Assembly (NCBI GenBank): GCA_002081575.1
Contig: JNBS01000019.1
Span: 1-43,190 of the forward strand
Length of the DNA: 43,190 nucleotides
Reading direction: 5' to 3'
Source of the DNA: Thraustotheca clavata
Taxonomy: Eukaryota
Below the pieces are notes generated by a model, which did no database searches, was not told where the DNA came from, and saw nothing but the letters and a program-made list of their open reading frames with translations. Every line of letters starts with the position of its first letter. The first letter of the stretch is position 1. The position numbers and the translations under genes were made by a program. Positions 10,163 through 22,505 of this stretch are shown here, in pieces.

Positions 10163-12493
10163 CTAAGCCATTGTGGCATCTACAGGTGATGGCTCATCAG
10201 CCTTTGCTTCTTCAGTATTGTTTGTCAAAGTGGCTCGAGACTTTCTTAAATTCTTCTTCATCTTTTCAAAAATCTTTTGATCAGCTTTCGAGACAGACGG
10301 GAATACTGTCAAGAAAGCAGTGTTGAAATGCTTCATTTGAATGCATAAACCAGTGTCTTGATGAGTTTGATCAGCTTCACGTAAAACAGCAACACCAGCT
10401 TCTCGGACCAAAGCACTTAAATCTGCACCACTGAAGCTTTCGCAACGAGGGTCTGCAGCAATTTGCTGCAAATCCAACGATGGATCCAACTTGCATTTTT
10501 TGCTTAATGTGGTTAAAATCTAATAGTCAAGATAAGAGAAAGAAAAATGGCTTGGAATAGTACCTGGAAGCGATCAGATGCTTGTGGCAATGGTACATAG
10601 AGTAATTTATCAAGACGGCCAGGACGAAGCATAGCAGGATCAATGATATCAGGACGATTTGTTGCAGCGATGACAACTACATTCTTTCGAGTATCCAAAC
10701 CATCCATTTCAGTGAGCAATTGATTGACAACACGTTCACTGACACCATTGCCACCATCGCTCATACCACGACGTGGACAAAGAGCATCCAATTCATCAAA
10801 GAAAACAATGCAAGGAGACGATGCACGAGCACGTTCAAATACTTGACGAACAGCACGTTCAGATTCACCAACATATTTATCCAGTAGTTCAGGACCTTTG
10901 ACAGAGATAAAGTTGGCACCACTTTCATTAGCAATGGCTTTGGCCAACATAGTTTTACCACAACCAGGAGGACCATAAAGCAATACACCAGCAGGCATAG
11001 TAAGCCCCAAAGCTTCAAAGCGTTCAGGGTGCTGAAGAGGATGTAAAATGGACAAAACAAGTTCTGCTCGGACTTCGACAAGAGCACCGACATCTTTCCA
11101 AGTGACATCGGGAATAGTAGCAAAGCCTTCGCGTTTCGAACTTGGTTGTACCTTTGGCACAGCAAGTAAAAAGTCTTCCATGCAAACACTGAGAGGTTCA
11201 AGTTGTTCTTGAGTAAATGGAGCAAATGATCGAATTTCATCATTAATGGAGGCTTGCTCAGCATCAGGCTTTGGTGTATCCGTTAAAAGTGTAGTAAATA
11301 CACGATTTACAGCAAGAACAGCAGCTTCTTTGGTCAAAGACACTAGATCAGCTCCGACATAACCAGGAGTTCGACGAGCGAGGTCTTTAAAGTCGATATC
11401 TCCAGCAAGACGCATCTTTGAAGCAAGTACACATAAAATCTTTTCACGAGCTTCAGCATCAGGGATTCCAAGACAAATTTCACGGTCAAAACGACCAGCT
11501 CGACGGAGTGCTTGATCTAAATCATTGGGACGATTTGTTGCTCCGATGACAAGCACAGGTTTACCATTAGTATTTTCAAGGCTCAAAGTATCAGTACTTG
11601 TAAGTAATTGAGCCACAATACGCTTTTCCATTCCACGAGATGAATTTTCACGTTTTGGAGTAATAGCATCAATTTCATCAATGAAAATAATCGATGGAGC
11701 ATTGGCGATAGCTTGATCAAACAAATCACGAACTTTCTGTTCCGATTCTCCCGACATACCAGAAACAATTTCAGGAGCACTAACTTTAAGAAAGCATGCA
11801 CCAGATTCACCAGCAATTGCATTTGCAAGCATAGTTTTCCCCGTACCAGGTGGACCATGCAAAAGAATACCTCGAGGAGGTTCGACACCCAAGTGTGTAT
11901 AGATTTCAGGGTGAGTTAGCGGGTATTCAATAAGTTCTTGGACTTCCTTCAAGATAGCTTGAATACCACCGACATCCGAGTACCGAGTTGTTGGGCGAGA
12001 GACGATAAAGTTATCATTAGTGACTGCAGCCGATTCTGGCCGAGTTCTTTTAACTTTTTTCGGTTTATCAGGCTTGTTTTCTTCCTTTTCAGTCTTGGCA
12101 ACTTCAGCATACGCTTTTGTAATGGAATTATTAAGTAAATTAGCAGCAGGTCGTTGAGCTTCTAATGCTTGAGCTTGTTTTTCATCTTCATCATCTGAAT
12201 CACTTCGAGGACGTTTAGCACTATTTAACGCAATTAAATCCATCAACTAAATGTCAAATTCTTACCTTTCATTCTTTGGTTGATTTTTTGCAATAGCTTT
12301 TTGCACCATTTTCTTCAAAGGTCCCTAACTCTCATTTAAGCTCTCTAAATTTCAAAACAAAACAAACATGAGGTTTTCGAGCATATTCACTATACGTAGA
12401 AAGCAAATGCTGAAGCACAGTAGACTCTGTTGGCTTAATATCTTCATTTTCACGCAAGTATTTTCTTACATGGAAGTTAACTTTAGCTTCCAT
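10163..12493 (-). CDS. NVL: Nuclear VCP-like double AAA+ ATPase (NVL/Rix7), ribosome biogenesis; multi-exon
   Basis: Two AAA modules ([29 protein letters not shown]), [28 protein letters not shown] and [10 protein letters not shown] are typical of NVL. Short introns lie near 12330-12366, 12245-12285 and 10510-10562. Start taken as the ATG of MEAK. Confidence 0.92.
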
Positions 12494-12993
12494 TGCTCCT
12501 TTATCAACCAAATCGTCACTGGCCAATCAAATGCCAATATGGTCCTGTCACATTCGGCATCTGCCACAAATACCAACTCTCTCCCTTCAGTATACCACAT
12601 TATAGACTCAATTAATCAATATTTACTATCATATTATTCAAGTATGAATTCAACGGCATTAGTCAAATAAATATTTTTGACCCAAAATACTTGTACACAT
12701 CTTAGACAAGGTTACATTAGATGAAACAAATATATAATTCTAAAAGATGGCAGATGCCGAAATGTGTTAGTATTAAATAAATAGTACCATTATACTAGAT
12801 GTTTGTAAATATATTAAAATATTCAATTAAAAAATGACAAAAAGAGGGATATAGTTGTGACATCTCTTGTTTTAAACCAATCAAATGATCATATAATGAA
12901 ATATAGTAATTTAATTGGATAAAAACAAGAATGTATGGCTGAAATTCCTCTTTTTGTGCTTACTGGTGGTCGTGTATTTGTTAATTCTAAAGC

Positions 12994-14158
12994 ATGGCCA
13001 CGCCGATCGCTAATCTCTCAAGCTATGTCCATGCGTTGCTTAAAGACACGACAGATACGTCTGGAATGAATGCCCAACAAGTGGGAACGTACGTAATGAA
13101 CAAGTCGGATGCCTTGCTATCGATCCAGGACAACGATACGGACGTCGAAGGTTGTTTTAAATTGCTTGTCAAAGTCACTGGATCTGCCCATGCTGTTGAG
13201 CTTATTAAAAAGCTTACACAAAATCACACGAATGCTACGTTAAAGCTTCGCATGTATGTATTAGCATTGTATTGCATGGTTTTCATAGAATTTATAGTTT
13301 GGCTGATTTGTTTAATATTCTTCCTGCTCAAGACGCTCAACGTTTTAATACTTTGGTTGCTATTATCAACTATGCTGGTGCCACAAACCAAGTCAATTTG
13401 ATCAAGAGGTACTGTAAACGCTGAAAATGATTTCTGAATTTAATATTAGTTATTTCAATGATATTGATTGTGCTCTTGTGTCTGGAGTTGCTCCTGCCAA
13501 TTTGCGTAATGTTTACTTAAGCATTGCTGATTTACTTGAAAAAGATGCTGAAGGACAACAAGCTTTAGTATTCCTTGAAAAATACTTGAAATCGTTTGAA
13601 AATGAAAAAGATGTGACTCCAGCTAATCCAGTAGCTATTCGTGCTGCCCTTGCTGTCATTAAGAATCCTATTGAAAGCTTTGTGGCCCACATTGATCTTA
13701 TCAATCTTAAAGCAGTTGCTCAACTCAAAGGTGCCAACAAACTTTACGATTTACTTGACATTTTCACGTCCAAGACACTTGCTGATTACTTGGCATTTGA
13801 AAAAGCTAATACTGCCACTTTTAAAGAAAATGCTCTTGACAGCAATACTTGTGTTAGCTATATGCGTTTGTTAACACTTTGCTCATACCCAACGGGTCAA
13901 GAAGCTATTGCATACTCTTCAATTGAACAAACACTCCAAGTCAAAGAAGATCAAGTTGAACAATGGGTTGTTAGAGCTATCACTGCCAATTTGATTTCTG
14001 CTAAGATTGATCAACTTGGTAAATCTGTAGTTATCACCCGTTCCCTTCAACGTGGATTTGGTGCTGCAGAATGGAAAGTTTTGCATGCTAAATTGCTTTC
14101 TTACAAGGCTAATGTTGGTAGTCTTCTTGAGACTATTCGACAAGCACGTCTACAGTAA
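12994..14158 (+). CDS. eIF3m: Eukaryotic translation initiation factor 3 subunit M (PCI domain); 3 exons
   Basis: Spliced LRILADLFNILP..RFNTLVAII; C-terminal PCI motif MRLLTLCS...IAYSSIEQTLQV..DQVEQWVVRAITANLISAKIDQ...RGFGAAEWKVL. Introns near 13253-13296 and 13409-13449. Confidence 0.88.
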
Positions 14159-14239
14159 AATGACTTATTTGTTATTAGTAGAGTTAACGACTAATCTGTT
14201 AATTGCTAGTAACTTATTTGTTTGAAATAGTCTCTAAAT

Positions 14240-16021
14240 ATGAAATCCCGTAGTATGTCTACTCTTCGACGGGGAAGTGCTCGATTAACACCATCAGCAA
14301 TGCTTCCTGTCCATGCTGAAGATATAGTAATTGAAGCGTTGGATGAACTTCTTAATGGATTAATTCGTTCAATGCAAGAAAATACACTTAGAAAGGCGAC
14401 AGTATGTCAACTGCTTATGTTATCACCTCTTATACATTTTGTAGCTCAATTATACTGCTACAATAGCTGCCGATTGTGTTATGGGAATGTTAGGTATGAT
14501 GATGTTACCATATACGAAAACTTTACCTTTGGATAATCCGAATTTAAATGTGCCAAGTGGTGCTCCAATTGATATATGGTCAAAATCATGTGTGCCTTCA
14601 AAAAGAAAGTCTTCTAGAGGATCAAGCGTTCGTGCAAGTACACTTAAAAGAAGTGGAACTTCAAATAGTTTATTAGCTATACCTCGTGCACCATCACCAA
14701 AAAGAATGACACATTTACCACCACCTGATGAACTTGATGATCGAATAGCTGTACAATTTATTTCTTCGTATGTTGATATGATGCCTATTTCCTTTGAAGA
14801 ATTAGAGAGAAGAGAAAATATTGAAAAGATATTAGCTGCAGATGCTGAAAGAAGAAAAAGATTAGAGATTGAAGAAGCACGAAGTCAAGCTACATCAACT
14901 TTTGTTACAGATAAGGAAACACTTGAAAAACAACAAAAAACTATACAACATGAACTTGAAAACAAAGATGAAATAGTCGAAGAACAAATTGAAGCTTGTA
15001 CACCTACTATAGTGGAGTCAGAAGTTGTATTGTGTGAAGATCAAGAACTTCTTGTTGGTGAAAATTCTTTACTTGTATCTAGACGATCCAAAAATGAAGT
15101 ACTCAAGAAATTACCACCACCACGTTTAGAACCCACTGTAATTATACCTCCTGCAGAATTATCAACTCGATTGTTATCACCACCAAATTCACAAAGTGAA
15201 AATATAAGAGCTCCATCACGAAAAAGTATGGCTCGAAATAAATCTAGTATCAAACCAAAAACACCACAAGCACGATTAGCTCCACTGGTATACCTATGCT
15301 TGCATTGCTTCATTGTTAATTCCATTGTAGAATTTTTCAACTCCTGCAGATAATGCAAAATTATTCATTCGATATGAAGAACTCAATGGTGGACCAGCTT
15401 TTGATGAAGCATCAAGCCCAGTATCAAGAGGAGTTGTGATTAAACACAAAGGCATTGTAAAACGTGGTGTTGGATGGAAACCTAATGATGAAAAACTTGC
15501 CCGAGTATTTGTAGTTCTATTGTCTTACAGCTTATGATTTTTATGTTAGAATGAATCGGAGCCAGTACTACGTCGAAATTCAAAGAAAAGACCGTCTAAT
15601 AAATCGATTGATGCTTTCTCTATACCAACAAATACCCATACAAGCAAGTCACATTCATCACTTCCTCAACCTGTGCATCATGTAAGCAATTATTTTGCGT
15701 ATAAAATACTAAATTGATTGTAGCATGATGAAGTGAAATCATTGACAATGAGAATTCGTACTCCAGCATGCAAGTCCCGTCGATCACGACGTATTCTTGA
15801 TATTGAAAACTTTTCTGAACGTTCAGACGCTATGGTATGTGTTATGTAAGTATTGGTTTATAAGCTTGGTGAATTAGATTTTTGAACCACAAAAAGTGGT
15901 CTTACGAGCACTTAAACTACCACAAATTAACAAAGATACATCGGACACTGTACTCATACAGAATGAAGCCTTATCACTTCCTCTTGTTGCCAATTCAAGT
16001 AGTTTATTACCCAGTCGATAG
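14240..16021 (+). CDS. Multi-exon protein with C2orf81/DUF4639-like N-terminal motifs, then a low-complexity Ser/Pro-rich region
   Basis: Spliced EDIVIEALDELL...KATLNYTATIAADCVMGML...APIDIWSKSCVP recalls the conserved C2orf81 blocks. Several ~40 nt GT-AG introns (e.g. 14402-14444, ~15289-15330); likely stop TAG at 16019-16021. Family call is tentative. Confidence 0.6.
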
Positions 16022-16054
16022 AGATACCTTATTTAAATGAGAAAAAAGCCCGTA

Positions 16055-17163
16055 CTATGATACTATTAGCTGTTGTGTTAAGAATATTATACCTTTGGAC
16101 TGTAGTTTTTCATATAGAGTTGCTGATTGATACATAATTGTTGGATAAAACGTAGGGATAGTTGGTGTTGTCGGTAGTACACTTGGCAAATAATAGCACC
16201 AATCAACAACATATTTTCCAACATCATAAATGGCACTGGATTTGAACTTCTTATAGACACTGCCTGAACTTGTTTGTTCATCACATGGAATCATTTGGTT
16301 TACAAGTGTATTGATACTACGTTTCTTTCGTAAAACACCATGTTCATCCATAAAAAATTTCGAGTTTGGCTTCATGGCTTCATCAATATGTGCAGATGCA
16401 AAGATTTTAGTATAATCGGAATATTCATACGACGAAACTATAGGTGGCTAATAACATGTTAAATATTTGACATAATCAGTGACATACTGTTTGGGTTTGA
16501 GTTTTCAGTGACAAAAGCTTGCTTTCCAACACTGCTTTGTCTTGACGAAGTGTATGTAATTCATGGTGTATTTGTCGTACCTAAAAGCTTAAATTCATTC
16601 TTCTATACATGTAAGCAGCATACAGTTGAATAATTTAAAGTCACTTTGACATGAATTCGTCCATTAGATTGACGAGAAGGTGATGTCAAATCACACCATT
16701 TCTCAACAGTACTTTGATGTAATAGCTCTTCAAATGGTATTGTTGCGTGTCCAAGTACATTATCCGATCCAAATCGTACAGCATGTAAAACCTCAAAGTA
16801 TATCGTTGCATTTAAAGACAAAATTGAATGAATTCGAAGTGTTTCATGCCATTGGGGAAGTCTTAAACGTTGTCTTCTAGTCCATACTGTGCTTGCATTC
16901 TTACATACAGTACAAGGAATTAAACTCGCTCGTACATATCCCAATCCAGTTCCAAAGATTGTCATGGATTCGTCAAGAATTCCTTCTCCAGAGCAGATTT
17001 CCAAGGTCAATGTCGCCTGACTCTCACCCAACCCATTCATATCAATACCTGTAGCCATATCCAAGCGTTCAGTCTCCATTGCATTCACTAATTTGCCTTC
17101 AAGAATGATCTGACGCTGCCGTAGCGCCACGATCTGTTGTTTAAGTCTCTCCTCCATTGTCAT
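16055..17163 (-). CDS. C2-domain protein with N-terminal coiled coil; multi-exon
   Basis: TLEICSGEGI...YVRASL...PQWHETLRI...IYFEVL...DNVLGHATIPFEELLHQSTVEKWCDL...GRIHVKVTL is a C2 fold pattern. Short introns near 16582-16622 and 16442-16486 link to the 16055 exon. Confidence 0.8.
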
Positions 17164-17186
17164 TTGAAAACTGTCAGATCCCAAGC

Positions 17187-17375
17187 ATTTGATTGGTTAG
17201 ATATGGCCAATCATGAACTGCAATCTAGTACATTTAAAAGTATTTGATTGGTTAGATAGGACCAATCATAAGTGCAATCTATCTCAGAGAAATAAATTTG
17301 ATTGGATAGATAGGACTAATCAAAAGAGCAATTTATCATGAAAGAAGTATTTGATTGGTTAGATCTGACCAATCA
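17187..17375. repeat. Four-copy tandem array of a 27 bp palindromic CCAAT unit (period 53-55 bp)
   Basis: ATTTGATTGG-(T/A)TAGAT...-CCAATCA begins at 17187, 17242, 17296 and 17349 (third copy has CTAATCA). Intervening segments of 26-28 bp share GCAAT(C/T)TA. Confidence 0.9.
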
Positions 17376-17531
17376 AGTGCAGATATCAAGAAAGTCAATT
17401 ATGATGATTCTCAACATGAAGAAAATAGTTCATGAAAAAATGAAAAAATTCACTAGTGACATTGCCTGTATTATGATGATCATTACCCCGTCTACTAACC
17501 TGTATATACAATTTATATCCGTGGGTAATAC

Positions 17532-19331
17532 CTATGCTGGATTGGAAGCAAGTTCCTGTGCATGCTTGGCGCAAAAGCCGTTCCGTTGGGCCCATTTTTT
17601 ACATTGAGGAAATTCACATCGTTTGCCACCACCATGGCCACGGCAAAATCCACCCGATTGACAACTCTTTGTACATCCTTCAAATTTGCAACGAACACCA
17701 CCACCATGTTGTTTGCAAAGACCTCGAGATTGTGCAGTTTTTGGACAACCTTCCATACGACAAGGTTTACCACCACCATGAGCAATGCATAAATGACCCG
17801 TTTGAGCACTCTTCATACAGCCTTCCACTTTGCACCTGCGACCACCTCCATGGACTTTGCACATGCCCTTCGTTCGGGCAATATTGTTGCAACCAGGAGA
17901 CATACAAAATTTTGCATAAGCTGCAGGGGGAGCACCAGCTACAGCAGCTTGGACTTCAGCTTGAAATTTTTGTTCATAATGTGGTGCAGCTTGAGCTGCA
18001 GGTGGTGGATACGATGATGGATGATAAGGATGAAGATTATGTTGTTGAGCAGCAGCAGCTTGAAAAGCAAGGCTGTTTTGATAAAGTTGTTGTTGGTACA
18101 TATGTGGTCCATTATTATAATAGCCCCCTGCTTGTGGTGGCATCGAATATCCTTGCATCGATGGATGATGGGACATATGAGGTAATGGTTGCTGTTGATG
18201 TAGCTGCTGTTGACGATAATTATCATGATAAATGTGCATTCCTTGATGGTGTTGTTGTGTTTGTTGTTGTTGCTGGGTTGGATGCATCATGGTGGGATAT
18301 TGTTGATCAATTGGTTGACGAGAGTTGGGTTGACCACGTAAATTTTGAGAATTATGTTGAGGTTGTCCCAACGAACTCATAGCACTCATTGTAACAGCGT
18401 GTTGTTGTAAATTACGATCGTAATTGGCACTTGGTTGATTTACTTGAGGGTATTGTTGTTGTTGATGATGATTATTTGTGTTATTTTGCTGAGCAGGAGG
18501 TGGACGAATAGGTTGACCAAGTTGCTGCGATTGTTGTTGTTGCTGCTGTTGTTGTTGTGTAGGAGCTTGTCCAGCTTTTTCACGTGGTGGGTACGTTGTA
18601 GGTTGTACAATCTTGTCATCAAGCAAATTGTCAAGATTATCGACCGATACAACGTATTCATTTTCATCATCTTCTTGTGCTTCTTCTGCAGCATATTTCG
18701 CAACGTCACTTTCGATGGACTCAAGACAGTTGGCCAACGTTTGAAAACGGAAGCTATCTTGCGAAGTCATGGGACGTTGAATAGCTGAATTGGATGTAGC
18801 ATTCAATATGCCTTGGAGTACATCAAAACTTTTTTTTCGTGTCATTCCATCAGCATGCATAATAAACGATTTAAACATATTGGAGCTTGATAGTCGTTTA
18901 AGTTCTTCTGCAGGGATTTCATCACCAAGGCTTCTTAATAATTCTGTAGCTTCCGTTCGACTAATTCCTCCAGGTGCTTGATTTTCCAATAAACCAAGTA
19001 ATGCACTCACACTAGCCTTCTTTTCATTCATTGAAAAATTCTGCGAACTTAATAATCGTTTAAGTTTTGTAGCACTTTCTTTGACATTGAATTTACGTTC
19101 TTGATTCGGATATGTTGATTGTTGGGAATGAACTAATTGTTCAAGTTTGATATCATTCGCAACAGTATCATCCCCCGACACTAAAGAACGTAATTTCATC
19201 CACGATTCTTTACGTTCCATTGAAAATGAAGAAACATCAACACAATCCATCATATCTCGTAATAATTGTGCATTCACAGGCACTTCTTGGCTTGGTTCAC
19301 GGCGGCTTCCTCCTTGCTGGCCTTGCATCAT
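17532..19331 (-). CDS. Gln-rich protein with C-terminal Cys/HGGG zinc-binding repeats (often annotated WRKY19-like)
   Basis: 599 aa ORF. Five C-x3/4-C-x-K-x-A/C...G-x-C-x-x-H(GGG) repeats at the C-terminus, poly-Q tracts at ~18240-18560, and no WRKYGQK motif. Confidence 0.88.
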   Translation of the reverse strand: MMQGQQGGSRREPSQEVPVNAQLLRDMMDCVDVSSFSMERKESWMKLRSLVSGDDTVANDIKLEQLVHSQQSTYPNQERKFNVKESATKLKRLLSSQNFSMNEKKASVSALLGLLENQAPGGISRTEATELLRSLGDEIPAEELKRLSSSNMFKSFIMHADGMTRKKSFDVLQGILNATSNSAIQRPMTSQDSFRFQTLANCLESIESDVAKYAAEEAQEDDENEYVVSVDNLDNLLDDKIVQPTTYPPREKAGQAPTQQQQQQQQQSQQLGQPIRPPPAQQNNTNNHHQQQQYPQVNQPSANYDRNLQQHAVTMSAMSSLGQPQHNSQNLRGQPNSRQPIDQQYPTMMHPTQQQQQTQQHHQGMHIYHDNYRQQQLHQQQPLPHMSHHPSMQGYSMPPQAGGYYNNGPHMYQQQLYQNSLAFQAAAAQQHNLHPYHPSSYPPPAAQAAPHYEQKFQAEVQAAVAGAPPAAYAKFCMSPGCNNIARTKGMCKVHGGGRRCKVEGCMKSAQTGHLCIAHGGGKPCRMEGCPKTAQSRGLCKQHGGGVRCKFEGCTKSCQSGGFCRGHGGGKRCEFPQCKKWAQRNGFCAKHAQELASNPA

Positions 19332-19971
19332 GAAGAAAGTGTCTCAAATTCCACACTGAGGCTCTCGTAGCCAATTCAACAATTTCATTTAAAATTTGTA
19401 TACTGTCGTTTAAATTAGCCTTTTTGGGACAAGTCCCCACTCTCTCATTTTATTGGTTTAATTCAAACCAAACCAGATCTGATTGGCTACAGATTAAACT
19501 TGCAATTTGTATACTACCAATTGCGACAGAATACGAGACATGTACTTCCAGTCAACAGTATATTGCGACATGGGGACGTTCACCTTTTCTGAAAGGAAAA
19601 TGCTACGCTAGGTAAAGCTAGTTGAAGTAGATATATCAAATATAGAGATTTTGATGATCTTTACAATGAAAGAAAGCAAGGAAATCAAGTAGAGACAAGA
19701 TAATAAAGATATACATGTTTGATTGGACAAACGTAATGCGGATCCCCCTCTTTTAAACGGACTTTATCAAATATGAGCTTGGAAGAATGTTGGTCAATCC
19801 TTGCCCATAGATTTCTCGCTTTGGAATGACTGGTTCTGATCGGAAATCATCGAAGATGGAAATCTTCATGTCAATGGAAATGAATGTGATCTTATGATGT
19901 ATATTATCTGGGACAGATTATCTCGACACTCATCGCATGGACCAAACTGAAGACCATGGGACATGGCGATC

Positions 19972-20787
19972 TTATTGAAAGGGAGCGTGATCGACGTAGC
20001 ATTTTGGAAAAACATTGTTGACTTGAGCTTTTGCTTCTTCGGGAGAAAGCATGGACTAGAAAGAAAGATGAAGAACGAACGATAATGAAGGTTATTACTG
20101 ATGTGGCTTGAATTGCATTGTCTTTTACACATTTATGGGTCCACCATTCACAACCCTTTTGAAATGCACTAATTGTCGAGTTTGTCTTGCAAAAATGATC
20201 CACTTTTTGATAACATTCCGATTCTCTTGCAGATCGTACTTCACTATGATGATATGGAGCAAGATTGATGAGGAAATCATGTACCTGCAAGCTAAAATGT
20301 CTGGTTTGGTTAGATCCATGTTACGAACAGTGTACTATGATTGTATTAGCTAACATGTACACAAACAAGTTGACAGTACGTCATACGCATGTATGAGTTC
20401 ATGTACTATAACTTCATCCACGTCTTCTTGGGTTCGTAGACGATTGGCACATAAAACAATCGCCTAATGAGAGAAATATGACCCAAATTCACAAAATTTA
20501 ATACTCAAACCGGTGGTGCAGCAAAAAATGCACGTGCTTTACCCTCAACACCTATTAATCCATGCAATTCAGCATCATTCAATCTATTTCTTGCCTTCTT
20601 TCTTGCAGTCAACACAAAGAAACTCGAGTTTTTTTGGTGTTGCATTTGTTTTTTCCAAATGCTAAAGCTCCAATTCAGTTGCCAATTATCCATAAAGCTT
20701 AACCTCATTGATAGCTGTCACCAATTTCTTTGGACGTGAAGCTTTAAGTGCTTCTTGCAGAGCATCATAGCATTCTTCGATCTGCAT
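19972..20787 (-). CDS. ATP23: Mitochondrial inner membrane metalloprotease ATP23 (peptidase M76); multi-exon
   Basis: Manual splicing: MQIEECYDAL...LCVDCKKEGVEGKARAFF..PPAIVLCANRLRTQEDVDEVIVHELIHAYDY...LACSEVRSARESEC...CVKDNAIQATS...VNNVFPKCYVDHAPFQ*. Has the HExxH motif and LACSEVR signature. Confidence 0.9.
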
Positions 20788-20797
20788 TGTTCACCAA

Positions 20798-22322
20798 TAG
20801 TGTCGGTCGGGAAACTCTCTTCTCATAAGCTCTCTTTGAGAGAATAGATTCGTGAGAGCTCGTGAGAGAATAAAATTAAGATGAGAGGTCTTGGCTTCAA
20901 ACCTCACCAGTACCAAGATTTATTGTCGAAGTAGATTCAAATATATTGGAAATGCAATTATCAACGCTAATTCTTTTCTCGCAAATTATCAATTTCTTAA
21001 TATCCAATTCATTAAAGACTTTTCTATTTCTTGTCAAGTATATGTTTGCATGATAGTGTAAAGTTTTACTTTTCAAAATCTTTAGGCCGTGTTCAGATCA
21101 AAGTGGATATTAGGATAAAAGTGATAAATTAAAATGTTATTGCCACGTAGCTCATCTGCTGATTAAACATATAAAAGTCGGTAGTGAGGCAATATGAATT
21201 ATACTCACGTTTTAAAGTTTACTTTTGTTTTTCAACTTTATGATTATACACTTCAATATCTCGAGATTTAATGGTCTATTCGCATGGGTGAGTATAATTC
21301 CCACTAATTTTCTGAATATAATTAGGCAATTTAATCAATCCAGGGCCAACAACAATCGAAAACTGACGGTTGCTTGTTGCGAGCCACTGGATGGATGTCA
21401 ACAATCAAATTTACCAACAAAGTGGATCAGGTAGAATTGCTCAAATTTTAAATGGTATTCATTGCTTAGCTGGTGGTACAGGTCTGGGCTTGGATCGTTT
21501 ATATCAGATCTTTTGCATGATAATTTTTCTCATTCGTCTTTGCTCAACTCTTTCATTTGGCCATATCAGTCCTATGAAGTTATTGTTCAAAATTACAACC
21601 AATCTTAACAATGGCTTCCTTGCCAGAAGTAATGATCAATAAAAATTGTACTCGAGTAATTGTTTACAATGCTCTAGTATTCGAATGGTGTATTAATACT
21701 TCAAAATGATCAAATATGTCAAAAATTACTATTTAATCCTAAGCCATCGTTTGATCAAACGAATCAAGTTTTAGCAAACCGCATTGCATCTTTGCTATTA
21801 CCTGAACCCATATATGGGGTATATGTGTATATAGCAGGAATCATAGTGGATTAATCAGTTACAAATATGACAATACAAATTTCTAGTATCGGTAAAGGAC
21901 CAAGTTTCAATTAAGACAATATCGCCATGAATACCGTTTTTGGTCGGTACATCTAAACTTTGGATGTATTGTAGATCTGTCCGCGATTTGGATGGTTTCG
22001 TGAGATAACGTTACAATCGACCAAGGTGGAGAGAGTCCAGTCTTTGAATTACCATTCGAAATGAATAATATAGTATATGCACTACTTGTAAAACTACTTG
22101 AACTTACCTACTGAAGTCTAAACAAAGTAAGTTGATTGTACAAAAGTGTCGAGTGTGTTGATCTATACTTACATCAAGTATAATTTTTAACTTGGTTATA
22201 GTATAGTAGAGTAAATAACAGTATACAAATTTAACTCTCAAATTGAGAGGAATTGAGAGCTCCAGAACATTGTTGAGAGCATGAGAGTAAGAGTAAAAAA
22301 TCCTGAGAGTTTGCTGACACTA
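20798..22322. mobile_element. Non-autonomous hAT-like DNA transposon (1525 bp)
   Basis: Left end TAGTGTCGG(TCGG)GAAACTCTC; right end reverse complement TAGTGTCAGCAAACTCTC. Flanking 8-bp direct repeats ttcaccaa (20790-20797) and ctcaccaa (22323-22330). Clustered GAGAG/CTCTC subterminal repeats at both ends. No recognisable transposase inside. Confidence 0.8.
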
Positions 22323-22505
22323 CTCACCAAGTGATCAATTTATTGCAATCCGGACAAAACCGGATAATGCAGCATTCAGTAATACTCCAGTTAACCTGTT
22401 GCAGTCTCCGCCAAGAAAATCAATCTGTACATGCAGAGGCTTTAAATGAGATTGTATTCTTCATGGAAACACTGCATTTTTCTTTGTATATCTCTAATAA
22501 ATTAA

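Noticed and set aside
14199..14215. RFX X-box-like TTGCTAGTAAC upstream of a candidate ciliary gene
   Set aside because: Poor match, not repeated convincingly at the other flagellar genes, and RFX factors are not established in oomycetes.
17187..17375. CRISPR array interpretation of the palindromic repeat-spacer pattern
   Set aside because: Eukaryotic intron-rich context, no cas genes, and the spacers resemble each other (shared GCAAT(C/T)TA), which indicates a degenerate tandem repeat.
17534..18382. 282 aa plus-strand ORF and other long antisense ORFs (e.g. 30041-30610, 10761-11264)
   Set aside because: Shadow frames of well-supported genes on the other strand or frame, with no recognisable domains.
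21225..22060. Short ORFs inside the hAT-like element as transposase remnants
   Set aside because: No BED finger, DDE or hAT dimerisation motifs seen in the frames I read.
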